A DNA stretch of 51,224 nt from Atractiella rhizophila. Lineage: Eukaryota. Below are positions 1 to 11,756 of this stretch, piece by piece. A program made the translations under genes and the position numbers. How positions within the stretch are numbered: position 1 is the stretch's first letter; the number at the start of each line of letters is the position of its first letter. The stretch is from contig MU271514.1 of the NCBI GenBank assembly GCA_021432655.1, positions 1 through 51,224 of the forward strand. Direction: 5' to 3'. Under the pieces are notes generated by a model. That model was not told the DNA's origin. It did no database searches and saw only the letters and a program-made list of their open reading frames with translations.

Positions 1-582
1 GAGCTTGGTGAGAGAATTTGTGAAGGAGATGCCGTTGTGGACGAAGAGTTTGAGAGAGCGCAGCGGAGGCAGTATCAGATGATGTTCTGTTCTCCTTTTT
101 TGTCGTCTTTTGGATGTGAATGTGAATAAAACTGCCTTGCGTGTGTAATTTCGGGTAGCAAACAGACCGCCATATGTGCAATCTCAAGTATTGTCACATC
201 ATGGAAGCAAGGAAAAGAGACCGAAGTAAGGTTTTCAAGGGAAGAAGGTGGAAAGGAAGGCAAAGGGTGCACCCTTTCCGCTTGATTTGGCTGCACGATT
301 ATTTCCTGTGAGTTCAAGCCTTGAAACAAAGTGCTGCACGGTTTCCCAACAATCTTCTATGGTTAAACGTAGCTGTAATTTCCTCTATAGTACACTACAT
401 GAATTACAAGTAAACCGGTCCAAGCGAGATATCGCAAGAGAACGAGTGAATGGTTACAAACAAATGTGAACATCAAACGCACTGAATGAATGCTGCCACT
501 CCCAACGACTGATACATGCGACAGGTGAGCTTGAGCTATGTGTGAGTTTACCCTTTTGTAGGCCTTTTGATGCCACTTAAAC

Positions 583-1554
583 CTACGGTAAGCGGCCTCT
601 TGTCCAGCGGTCACCTCCACAGTATGTTATGGCATTCTCGCACCATTTCTTAATCCAGTTTCGACTCAGAGTCAGCTTGAAGGATGTCCAGATGACGATG
701 ATAACAGGTAACAAGTGTAGCGTCCACTTGTGGTCATCATGGAGGTGTTCGGACGTGAAGTTGTAGGCTACAATGAGTTGAATGATCCAAAACACTGCCC
801 AGGGAACGACTTGGCAGTCTGGTTCTCGAGTGTTATATCGTCCCTCCGCTATGTTTACTTTCAGCTTGGATGTAAGGGACCAAACAACGATGAGGACCTA
901 CCGCTTTGAGAATGGGAGCGCGCAGTTATGTCCACCCAGGCGAGCCCAGCTATGAGGAGGAGAAAGCAGATCCAACGCCAGATGTACTGTCTATTGTCTG
1001 CGTTGTCTGAAGGCATGAGCATTCCAACGGCAACGCCCATCATGATGACGGCGAGGGAGTCGGCGATTTTGATCGTTGATGGAGATGCCTCGTGTTTTGT
1101 CATGTTCTGAATGGCGTCCATAACGAGGAGAAAGCGGTCCTCAATGCGGTTTTGCTGTCAGAAAATAAATAAACCGGACAGAGATGATTGAATTTCGCGT
1201 TCACCTCGATTAGAGTGCTATTGGCAACAGCGATATTTGCTGAAGGTGAGCTCTCGAAAGCTGCCGCAGTGGGATTTCTAGCTGCGAGTGAGATGAGAAT
1301 CGACAAGGAATTACATGTGAAGCACCTTTGAGGCACAGATTCAGCTGCATCCAGGTTCAGCCAATTGCATTTCAGATAAATGTTGACTGTTGACGCTCAC
1401 GTTGGATCACCTGAGAGGATATGTTTTGCTCGGCTTGAGCTCCGAGAACGGTGTCTGGTCCCAAGCTATACTCTGTCAGTCTCATCAGACACGTTGAGAT
1501 CAAATTGAAGCACCATTTCATGGACGTAGCAGATATAACGGTACTGGACGACAT
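583..1554 (-). CDS. Orphan multi-pass membrane protein, copy 1 (spliced; ends approximate)
   Basis: Spliced ORF pieces ...LAVIMMGVAVGMLMP...WRWICFLLLIAGLAWVDIT... then a gtaggt..ctgaa..tag intron joining in frame to DCQVVPWAVFWIIQLIV...HKWTLHLLPVIIVIW. About 4 hydrophobic segments; paralogues at 7749-8331 and 12812-13300. Confidence 0.6.
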
Positions 1555-1850
1555 CGAGCCAGGCGAATTACGTAATACTTGAAGCTTGGTGAGACCTTGA
1601 TCTGACTATTTAGGCTCAGGTTAGTTGCGGCTGAGCAGCTGGACTAGATGGCTGAACTTCTGAGGCGCTGAGGTTAGAAACATTGCTGAGGTGCCACTCT
1701 CTTATTGATTGGAGAGGTCTCAGCGGAAGCGCTGAAGCGCAAGCGAAAAAGAGAAAGTTGTGTCAGAACTGTAATTCCAATGTTGCCTTTTCCGCCCGCT
1801 CCACTTCAAACAAGGAAGAACGATCAGGAAATCCGTGGAAATCTGGCGAA

Positions 1851-2130
1851 ATGTTCCCTGGCGCGTTCCCTTTCAATTCTGCACCTCTGCCGCCTCTCAC
1901 CATACTATACTACTCTCACTCCAGCACAACCCGCCGCCTCGTGTCCGTCCTCACGAAAAACATACCTGCAGATCTTGCCGTGGAAGTGAAAACAGTGCAT
2001 ATCTTGGATGGATTTGACCTGGATGATCTGTTGGATGGCTCCACGCCGAGATGGATTGTGTGGATGATACTAGCTACAAGGCGGAGGAGGGTGGTGGAGT
2101 TGTAAAAGGCTGGGTGGTGGAAAGATGGCT
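1851..2130 (+). pseudogene. TYW1: TYW1 pseudogene, exon 1 (flavodoxin-domain N-terminus)
   Basis: MFPGAFPFNSAPLPPLTILYYSHSSTTRRLV matches 8703. A 1-nt deletion (gatactagctac vs gatacccagctat) shifts the frame, and the gtacgt donor is lost. Confidence 0.8.
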
Positions 2131-3373
2131 TTCCTTTTGGAGTAAGAGGCTTCATTCTTGTTCTTCTGGTTCAAATGAAGACACGCTTGCATCTCTTTTA
2201 AGCGAGTTCTTTTTTCTTTGCATAGATGAACGCATTGCACTTTAGTTGACATGATTATGCGTTCTCCCTACCTTCATCTAAGATACGCCACCTGCTTTCT
2301 AATCTGTGAGAGTTCAACAGCTTGTGCAGAACGAAATCATGAAATCAACACTTTATCGTGGCAAAGAGCAAGATCATTTGGAGCGTTTACAGGAGCGTTA
2401 GCCTGCTGCCGGTCTGTGTAACGTTCTTATTCTTGCAGTTTCGCAAGGGCAAGAACCTGAACACCAAACTAGAAAAATTCTTATGTACGCTGGAATGCGG
2501 CATTGCTCGTTTGGTACTGCTTTTCAACTTTTCTGGTATGGTAGTAACATTTTCTGCTATGTGCATCCTCGCAGGACCCCGGCCTAACGCTAAGAGGTCA
2601 GATAAAAGCCATACAGGTTTAGACCCAGTTTGGACACGAGGGTTTTACCCCAAATTTGACACTTCTGCATCTAACCCAAATTTCGGATCGCATTTTGGAC
2701 ACAAACTAATCTAACCTGGAGAGACAAGTTTGATGGTTGATAGGGCATAAATTGCAATTCATATACATTTGTAAACCATTCTAGGTCGATTCTGAGCCAA
2801 TAGAACAAAGGGTGTAAAGAGAAGTTCTCGCTGGAGGGGGACAACCTTACTTCTGCTGGCACATCTTTCCAACAATGTCTCTTCCCGACTCAATGAAGCG
2901 AACATTTGAAGAGTTAACTGGTTGTTCTATACGCACAAGAGCACGGACGGATCACTGCTTGAGACCTTCAAAACAAATCGGTGAACGAGAAGTGAAGACA
3001 TACAGATCACAGTCACTGGGCTGACTGAGAGCACCTCCTCCGATCGCCCAGAGGTAACCTGGCCAAGGTCTTCTTCCACCTGCCGTTGCCTCAGCAGCTT
3101 CTTTCTTTCTATTCCCAGGGAAGGTAGGATTCTTTGGGGCAGCTGAATACGCCAGTGTCGAGCAGATCACAGCTGGCGCACTCATTCGCATTAACTCATT
3201 CTCGTTACTGCCGCGTTGATCAGTCGGGTTAAGTGGAGGTCAATTTTCGACTCTTGATTATTCCATATTATTCTCAATCGCCATGGACGGAGGACTCGCA
3301 CAAGGATAAGCTTGCAAGTATCATTGACCATTCGAGGCTACACATATAATAAGTACTCGCAGGAAAGAAGAGG

Positions 3374-5688
3374 ATGCCAATGCCCACCATTCCACTCTAT
3401 CTATCCTCCGCCTCCTCATCCAAGTCCAACAATCGTCCTCCCCCGCCTCCTCCCAAGAATCCTTCTCACCATCTATCCGCATCCAGCCATCTATCCCCTA
3501 CCACCCCCAACTCCCACGGATCGTCAAGTGGTCATTCCAATGAGCACTTGGATAGGAATAGGAGCCCAGTAAGGAGAAGGAGGGGAGAAGAGTTGAATGA
3601 TTCCCTGTCGACGACGAGCGAAGAGCTGGACTCTGACGAGAGCGCGGGGACACGGTTGCAGCATGTCGATACGACTACTTCTGCGCCACCTTTTCCGAAT
3701 GGAAGTGGGAGTGAGGCTGGGGTGAGGGAAGCAAAGGTGCGCAATCTTCCGCCACGAGATAGAGGAAGTGGGAATGGACGGAGTGCTGTCATGCTTGAGC
3801 GGAGTGGCAATACACTGGGGATCATGAGCGGAAGTGGAAGTGGTAGTTGGAGCAAGAATGGAACTGGGAGTGGTCTAGGGATGGGCCGACGCATCCAGCG
3901 CCGCCAAAACGCAAATCCATCCGTCTACCCTCCTTCAAATCCGCATTCAACCGCACGCTCCCTCTCCCTCCTCTCCTCCACTTCCCTCTCATCTTCATCC
4001 CCCTCTCCTAATTCTGCCTCTCATGCGTCCACCCCATCCACCTCCCGCTCTCCATACAGGATTCTCCCCGGCCTCTCCTTCTCCACAGACCACCTTCCCT
4101 CCCTCCGCTCCATCCGCAAAGTTCGTTCCTCATACACCACTCCCCACCCCTCCTCAACCACACCCTCAGACTTTCTTTCCGGGCTAAGCCAAGCATTCAA
4201 CAAACCGCCCAAATTCCCACCATCCCGCCCTCTCCGCCGGGCTCAAACAGACCTAACGAAGGTCTGGGACCAGATCAACACCGGCGTCCAAGCCCTCCCT
4301 CCCGTCCTTTGACACAGGTCCTCCTCCACTTCTCCGCTCTTCGCCGGCTCTTCGTCCTCCACATCCGCATCTGCGTCTTGTTCTCCCGCTCCAGCTGCCG
4401 GCAGGGGTCGTCCGGGGTCGTCGGGAGGAAGGGGTGGAAAGGGGAAGGGAGAGATGCTGTTTGGGAGGAGGACGTAGGTCGTCCCGAATGTGGAGAAGGA
4501 GGTTTTTGGTGTTCCTTTAGAGGTAGCAGTCTCACGCTCGCGTCTCGACCCACTGGGTAGTCGCTGTTGGAGGGGAAATCGGACAAGATGTGGATGGAGA
4601 CGGAAGGGGAGGAGTGAGGAATGGACATTGGCTCGATGTGGTGACGAGGAAGTGGTTGCCCGCTATTGCGGTTAGGTGTTTGGAGTATTTTCAGGTTTGG
4701 GGGAGAGGGAGGAGGGTGTTTGGGGGGGAGATTGAGGGTTTTAGGAGGGTGGTTGGTGCTGGCGAGTGTTTCTTCTAAGGATCTTTTTCCGGAGTGAAGT
4801 GGAAGGCGAGGCGCTGAAAGAAGCTGAGCACAAGATATAAAGTGGACCTTTGGTGATGATGTGATGAGGAAGGAAAATAATGATGACGAACAAATGGGTG
4901 ATGGAACAGGCATCGATCTCGACCTTTCACAATGTGGACCGGCGGATCTTGACCTTCATGCTGTCGCCAGCGTCTTCAAGAGCTGGCTACGAGAGCGTGG
5001 CGCCCTTTCCTCTTCCATCTGCCCTGACGATCCTAAAATAACACCTGGGAGAACAGTCTTCGAATCCGTCCTGTCAAATTCCCTGGACACAGTCGTTGAC
5101 TCCCTCGTCTTCTCCCACACCAACCAGCCCGCGCTATTGACCGACCTCGTCCCTTCGACCGCCACTCCCACCCGCGCAACGTTCCCTTCTTCCGTTAACT
5201 CTCCCGGATCTCCACAGTCCCCCTCGACGAAGACAACAGATCTAACTTGCTGGGCAAGCTGAAAGATTTGTTCGGCGGCGCATTCCCCCCTGGGAACTAT
5301 CCTTTTACATTCCCTCGCGTTTCATCTTCACCACCTCTCCCAACATGCGGACAAGTCGAAAGTGACGCCCTCAAACTTACTCCTCATCCTCTCTCCAACG
5401 CTCAGGTTCAACCCTAGCTTCCTCAAACTGTTGATCACGGAGAGGGAGACGCTGTTTGCGAGGAGGTGTGAGAGTGCGAGGATTAAGGAAGGTAGTTGGG
5501 AAATCGAGGTCATGGGCGACGTCAAGAAGAAGGTGTATGGAACTCCTAGTCCGGCGGCGAGTCCGAGGGGGGAGAAACAGTTTGCGCTCCAGCAACAGTA
5601 TCAGCAGGTGTCAGCCCAGAGACGGAGTCCGAGAGAGTTTCAGGTGTTCGCTCTGCGAGGGACAAGGGCAGGGGATGGGAAGCGATGA
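3374..5688 (+). pseudogene. RhoGAP-domain gene, disabled
   Basis: RhoGAP motifs VFGVPLE, LPAIAVRCLEY, DLHAVASVFKSWLRE, HLSQHADKSKVTPSNLLLILSPTL. In-frame stops at 4310 (TGA) and 4475 (TAG), frameshifts near 4570 and 5250-5300, and the EGIYR arginine-finger segment is not recognisable. Confidence 0.8.
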
Positions 5689-5713
5689 GACGGCGCAACT
5701 CAGGCAGCACATG

Positions 5714-6048
5714 ACTAATTCCACTCTTCGCACAGATACGATCAACGCTTGCACACCTCGACAACACAGTCGTCCCATACCGTCTATACCCTTTCGCAAT
5801 CGGCGACTCCTCCTACGGTCCGCTCTTCTGCAAACAACCCCTCCATCTCTCTTCTCTTGAGTGAGATTGGTGCACGGCAATCCTCCCATTCGTAATGCCT
5901 CTCCTCCGTCTTATCATGTCATGATTTGTTCCCACAAGCAGAGGGAAAAAGTGCGATGTAGATGTCGGTCCTGAAGAGACCATCCGCCAGTTCGCATCCA
6001 GTCTATCAGACCGCGTCAACGAACTAGGATCCCAATATGATTCGAAAA
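5714..6048 (+). pseudogene. TYW1: TYW1 pseudogene, end of intron 1 + exons 2-3 fragment (copy of ~9547-9887)
   Basis: actaat..gcacagatacgatcaacg and gaagagaccatccg..cccaatatgattcgaaaa are shared with the 9547-9887 copy; indels break the frame. Confidence 0.85.
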
Positions 6049-6073
6049 CCCTTCTCGACCTCCTTGCGACCGA

Positions 6074-6820
6074 TGATCGCATCTTTGTACACCGATGTGA
6101 TACGTGACGACTCCTATACGCCACACAAGATCAGCATACGCTGCGGAACGAACCTGGGCGACTTGCACGAAGCGCTTTGTTGCTGAGTTGAACAGGCCGA
6201 CAGGATGGCAGCACTTCAGTTTGGTCCATGGACAACTTGGTATGAGTGATTCGCCTGCAGGTATGATGGATGACAAGTGCGTTCTCCTTCCTTTCACCCC
6301 GCTTTTGTTGTTGAAATGTATAACGGACAGAGAGAAAGAGAAGAATGTAGCGCGAATCTCCATCTTACAAATCGCCGTCCTTTCCAATCACCTGAATGGC
6401 AAAGACACCCACATCCGTTCCATCCGTATCTTTTCCCCTCTTCCCTCTCCATCCTCCTCCTCGACCTCCCTCATTACATCCCTCTCCTCTAACTCGCCCG
6501 CCTTCTCCGCTCTCCCATTCCCGGTACCCTCCACGCGAGTCGGTGGCTACGGCGGCGCTGAGGGTGGAAAGATGTACCTTCCACTACCTATGTCCATGGG
6601 AGGGGCCCTTTTGGAGAAGACGGAGGATATGTTTGAGAGGAGAGACATTCTGAGATCTGCATATGAGGAGAGGAAGGGGGATATTGAGAAATTGTCAGGG
6701 AGGAGTTTGAGTGAGGAGGATCTGGGCTTTGATGACGAGAGCTTGGTGAGAGAATTTGTGAAGGAGATGCCGTTGTGGACGAAGAGTTTGAGAGAGCGCA
6801 GCGGAGGCAGTATCAGATGA
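6074..6820 (+). pseudogene. APC10: APC/C subunit 10 (Doc1), 5'-truncated copy with a frameshift
   Basis: [30 protein letters not shown], then (one extra T at 6176-6178) [12 protein letters not shown]...[25 protein letters not shown], typical Doc1 motifs. The N-terminus is replaced by TYW1 sequence. Confidence 0.8.
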
Positions 6821-7134
6821 TGTTCTGTTCTCCGTTTTTGTCGTCTTTTGGATCTGAATGTGAATAAAACTGCCTTGCGTGTGTAATTTCTGGTAGCAAA
6901 CAGACCGCCATATGTGCAATCTCAAGTATTGTCACATCATGGAAGCAAGGAAAAGAGACCGAAGTAAGGTTTTCAGGGAAGAAGGTGGAAAGGAAGGCAA
7001 AGTGCACCCTTTCCGCTTGATTTGGCTGCACGATTATTTCCTGTAAACTCAAGCCTCGAAAAAAAGTGCTGCACTGTTGCCGACAATATTCTATGGTTAA
7101 ACGTAGCTGTATTTCCTCCATCGTACACTACATG

Positions 7135-7748
7135 NNNNNNNNNNNNNNNNNNNNNNNNNNNNNNNNNNNNNNNNNNNNNNNNNNNNNNNNNNNNNNNNNN
7201 NNNNNNNNNNNNNNNNNNNNNNNNNNNNNNNNNNNNNNNNNNNNNNNNNNNNNNNNNNNNNNNNNNNNNNNNNNNNNNNNNNNNNNNNNNNNNNNNNNNN
7301 NNNNNNNNNNNNNNNNNNNNNNNNNNNNNNNNNNNNNNNNNNNNNNNNNNNNNNNNNNNNNNNNNNNNNNNNNNNNNNNNNNNNNNNNNNNNNNNNNNNN
7401 NNNNNNNNNNNNNNNNNNNNNNNNNNNNNNNNNNNNNNNNNNNNNNNNNNNNNNNNNNNNNNNNNNNNNNNNNNNNNNNNNNNNNNNNNNNNNNNNNNNN
7501 NNNNNNNNNNNNNNNNNNNNNNNNNNNNNNNNNNNNNNNNNNNNNNNNNNNNNNNNNNNNNNNNNNNNNNNNNNNNNNNNNNNNNNNNNNNNNNNNNNNN
7601 NNNNNNNNNNNNNNNNNNNNNNNNNNNNNNNNNNNNNNNNNNNNNNNNNNNNNNNNNNNNNNNNNNNNNNNNNNNNNNNNNNNNNNNNNNNNNNNNNNNN
7701 NNNNNNNNNNNNNNNNNNNNNNNNNNNNNNNNNNNNNNNNNNNNNNNN
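7135..7748. other. Assembly gap (N run)
   Basis: Run of n. Confidence 1.
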
Positions 7749-8331
7749 CCAGCTATGAGGAGGAGAAAGCAGATCCAACGCCAGAGGTATTTCCCATTGT
7801 CTGCGTTGTCCGAAGGCATGAGCATTCCAACAGCAACGCCCATCATGATGACGGCGAGGCCGTCCGCGATTTTAATCGTTGATGGAGATGCCTCGCGTTT
7901 TGTCATGTTCTGAGTGGTCTTAATAACGAGGAGAACAAGCTCTTCAATACGTGTATGCTGTCACAAAATAAATAAACTCGACAGAGATGATTGAATTTCG
8001 CGTTCACCTCGATTAGAGTGCTGTTTGCAACAGGTATATTTGCGGAAGGTGAGCTCTCGAAAGCTATGACAGTGGGATTCCTAGCTGCGAGTGAGATGCG
8101 AATTGAGAAGGCATTACATAGAAGCACCTTTGAGGCGTAGATTCAGCTGCATGCAGGTTCAGCCGCTCACTTTGGATCACTTGAGATGGTGGAGGTATGC
8201 TTTGCCCAGCTTGAGCATCAAGGACGGTGTCTGGTCCCAAGCTATACTCTGTCAGTCTCACCAGACACGTAGAGGTCAAAGTGAATGTACCATTTCATGG
8301 ATGCAGCAGATGCAATAGTGCAGGACGTCAT
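7749..8331 (-). CDS. Orphan multi-pass membrane protein, copy 2 (3' part lost in gap)
   Basis: EASPSTIKIADGLAVIMMGVAVGMLMPSDNADNGKYLWRWICFLLLIA is nearly identical to copy 1. Confidence 0.6.
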
Positions 8332-8702
8332 GGAAGTGACCCAATTACGTAATGGTTGAACTGCAAATTTGAGTCTGACTAGCTCACTTATTTATCTTCC
8401 AGCCTTGGACCAGGGTCGGTGGTTAGTTGGGGCTGAGAAGCTGAACTACCCACCTGAACTGCAGAGCTCTCTGAGGCGCTGAGATTGGAAACATTGGAGA
8501 GGTTCCTCTTTTTAAACTACAAGAGGGCAGAAAATGTAGCTGGGACAGAGGGATGAGAAGGTTTGGATTTGGATTATCAAGGCGGACCAATTCAAAAATT
8601 CCAAAGTTTTGAATGTCAGAACTGTAATTCTTTACCATTTCCGCCCGCTACAATCCAAATAAGGGGAAGAGCTTTGGAGGAGAGCGAAGAGGATCTGGCG
8701 AA

Positions 8703-10967
8703 ATGTTCCCTGGCGCCTTCCCTTCTACTTCTGCACCACTGCCGCCACTCACCGTGCTATACTACTCCCACTCCAGCACAACCCGCCGCCTCGTATCCGT
8801 CCTCACCAAAAACATACCTACAGATCTTTCCGTCGAAGTGAAAACGGTGGATATCTTGGATGGATTTGACCTGGATGATCTGTTGGATGAGTCCACACCG
8901 AGATGGATTGTATGGATGATACCCAGCTATAAGGCGGAGGAGGGTGGAGGTGGCAAAGGCAGGGAGGTGGAGAGATGGGCAGAGGATATGAAGTACGTAG
9001 TTTCCCTTTGGCGCAAGAGATTTCGTTCTCGTCCTTCTTGGTACATGGAGACATATTTTCTTCCGTCTAAGCGAGATCTTTTTATTCGCATATTTGAACC
9101 GCCTTGCGCCTTAGTTGAAAGTGCTTATGAGCTCTCTCTACTTTCATCTAAGATACGCCACCTGCCTTACCATCTGCGAGACTCAACAGCTTGTGCAGAA
9201 CGAAGTCATAAAACACAATACTTTCTCATCGTGAAGCGCAAGGTCATTTCGAGCGATGCAAGAGGGTTGACTTGCTCCCAATTGGTTCATGCATTCACTC
9301 AAACAACTTTCTTATTTTTGCTCTTTCACAAGGTCTAAAGGCTAAACCAGAAACGTCTAATGTAAACTGGAATGAATCCTTGATTGTTCGGTACCGGTTT
9401 CCAACTTTTTCTGTGTCTTAGTACAATATTCTCTGTTGCTACATATGTTCCCTCACATCTATGTCGAAGTAGGGGAAACCCTCCACATTCTCTCTTAAAG
9501 ATTTAGTATACATTTGTCTATTGGGATGCAATGCAAGCAGTACACAACTAATTTCATTGTTTGCACAGATACGATCAACGCCTGCACACCTCCACAACAC
9601 GCCTGTCACATACGCTCTATACGCTTGTCGCCATCGGCGACTCTTCCTACGGTCCGCTCTTCTGCAAGCAACCACTCCATCTCGCTTCCCTCATGAGCGA
9701 AATGGGTGCACGTCAGTTCCTCCCGTTCGTAGTGCCTCTCTTCCGTCTTATCAAGTCATGACTTGTGTCCCACTGGCAGAGCGAGAAAGTGCGATGTAGC
9801 TGTCGATCCTGAAGAGACCATCCGTCAATTCGCCTCCAGTCTATCAGATCGTGTCAACGAACTGGCATCCCAATATGATTCGAAAAACCTAGAAAGCTGG
9901 AAAGAATTCCTCGAGCTCGTCCCCATCCAAGCTCCCTCAGTCCGCGCTCGCTCCTCAAAAGCGAAACAAAAGCTAGCGGCGGCGAAAGAGAAAGCGGCGC
10001 TCAAAGCGCGCGTGAACGGAGCAGCTTCTCTTTCGTCCGATGATGAGGGAGAGGGCAAGGCGGCGGAGGAGGATATGGATATTGAGGATTTGGTTGCGAT
10101 TGGGAAGGCGGAGGAAGAGAATGTGCCGAAAGATAATAGGAGAGAGATGATTACACCGCTTACGAGGAAGGCACTTACTAAGCAGGGGTATGAGCTTGTG
10201 GGATCCCACTCTGGAGTTAAGACGTGTCGCTGGGTACGTGTGTACTCGTACCTCAGTTTTATGTCATTAACCCATGATGTTCGTGTAGACAAAAAGCGCA
10301 ATTCGTGGCCGTGGGTTCTGCTATAAGCATGCATTCTACGGAATCCAATCACACCGGTGAGTGGCGACGGCTCGAGCTTCCGTCTTGGACTAAGATATAC
10401 AAGCTGTATGGAAACGACACCGTCTCTCGCATGTGCGAACAAGTGCACCTTCTGCTGGCGTTCGCATACGAATCCGGTAGGAACGACGTGGCGATGGAAG
10501 GTTGATGATGCGGAGGAGATTGTGGATGGCGCAATTAAAGGGCATCTGAGACTCATCGGTCAGTTGAAGGGACTTCCTGGGCTGAGGGAAGAGCGGTTTG
10601 AGGAAGGTGCGTCGCCTTCTCTCTCTATCCCTGATCCTTAAATCACCCCATGTTACAGCGAAGACCCCACGGCATGCTGCTCTCTCGCTCGTCGGAGAGC
10701 CTAGCTACGTGAGGTTCTTTGCGAGGGTTTTTAGGAATACGTCTCCAACCAGCTGTGCGAAGTCTGAGAGGAAGCAGGGTCGCAGCTACCTCTCTATGTC
10801 GACCCAGTGGAAAGGATTGCTTGCTTCTCCACGGCCTTTAACACGCAAAGCAGTGATTCTTGCAACTCTATACAAAGACGGTTATATAATCTACCTTACT
10901 TTTCACCTATCCCTTCTGCTTGTCTCACGTCCACAAGTTACATGAGGGCATAAACTCCCATCTTTTA
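8703..10967 (+). CDS. TYW1: tRNA wybutosine-synthesizing protein 1 (flavodoxin + radical SAM); 10703-10967 written mirror-reversed; 3' end in gap
   Basis: Flavodoxin exons (IGDSSYGPLFC), LTKQGYELVGSHSGVKTCRW, CMETTPSLACANKCTFCWR (CxxxCxxC), HAALSLVGEP. Reading 10967->10703 without complementing continues IFYPQI...TQLYLSIDA...DFWERF. Confidence 0.95.
10703..10967. other. Mirror-reversed (reversed, not complemented) segment next to gap
   Basis: The backward read attttctaccctcaaata... encodes the exact TYW1 residues expected after GEP and contains a gttcgt...ggcag intron. Confidence 0.95.
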
Positions 10968-11756
10968 NNNNNNNNNNNNNNNNNNNNNNNNNNNNNNNNN
11001 NNNNNNNNNNNNNNNNNNNNNNNNNNNNNNNNNNNNNNNNNNNNNNNNNNNNNNNNNNNNNNNNNNNNNNNNNNNNNNNNNNNNNNNNNNNNNNNNNNNN
11101 NNNNNNNNNNNNNNNNNNNNNNNNNNNNNNNNNNNNNNNNNNNNNNNNNNNNNNNNNNNNNNNNNNNNNNNNNNNNNNNNNNNNNNNNNNNNNNNNNNNN
11201 NNNNNNNNNNNNNNNNNNNNNNNNNNNNNNNNNNNNNNNNNNNNNNNNNNNNNNNNNNNNNNNNNNNNNNNNNNNNNNNNNNNNNNNNNNNNNNNNNNNN
11301 NNNNNNNNNNNNNNNNNNNNNNNNNNNNNNNNNNNNNNNNNNNNNNNNNNNNNNNNNNNNNNNNNNNNNNNNNNNNNNNNNNNNNNNNNNNNNNNNNNNN
11401 NNNNNNNNNNNNNNNNNNNNNNNNNNNNNNNNNNNNNNNNNNNNNNNNNNNNNNNNNNNNNNNNNNNNNNNNNNNNNNNNNNNNNNNNNNNNNNNNNNNN
11501 NNNNNNNNNNNNNNNNNNNNNNNNNNNNNNNNNNNNNNNNNNNNNNNNNNNNNNNNNNNNNNNNNNNNNNNNNNNNNNNNNNNNNNNNNNNNNNNNNNNN
11601 NNNNNNNNNNNNNNNNNNNNNNNNNNNNNNNNNNNNNNNNNNNNNNNNNNNNNNNNNNNNNNNNNNNNNNNNNNNNNNNNNNNNNNNNNNNNNNNNNNNN
11701 NNNNNNNNNNNNNNNNNNNNNNNNNNNNNNNNNNNNNNNNNNNNNNNNNNNNNNNN
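10968..11756. other. Assembly gap (N run)
   Basis: Run of n. Confidence 1.

Larger units (their letters stand above)
1..2560. repeat. Segmental duplication copy A (APC10 3' end + orphan membrane gene + TYW1 exon 1 and part of intron 1); partner at ~6739-9430
   Basis: Position 1 gagcttggtgagagaatttgtg recurs at 6739. The match is near-identical for ~400 bp, then more diverged but collinear (e.g. 1851 atgttccctggcgc vs 8703; 2281 agatacgccacctg vs 9152). Right end approximate. Confidence 0.9.
6739..9430. repeat. Segmental duplication copy B
   Basis: Collinear homology to 1-2560, interrupted by the N gap. Right end approximate. Confidence 0.9.

Noticed and set aside
2570..3370. Transposon terminus at the RhoGAP insertion edge
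   Set aside because: No terminal inverted repeat, target-site duplication or transposase motif could be identified by eye.
7022..7906. Long ORFs in the track spanning N runs (also 10920-11828 and 48146-48946)
   Set aside because: They are open only because N codons are not stops.
10703..10945. TYW1 truncated by an insertion
   Set aside because: The apparent insertion is the TYW1 continuation written backwards.
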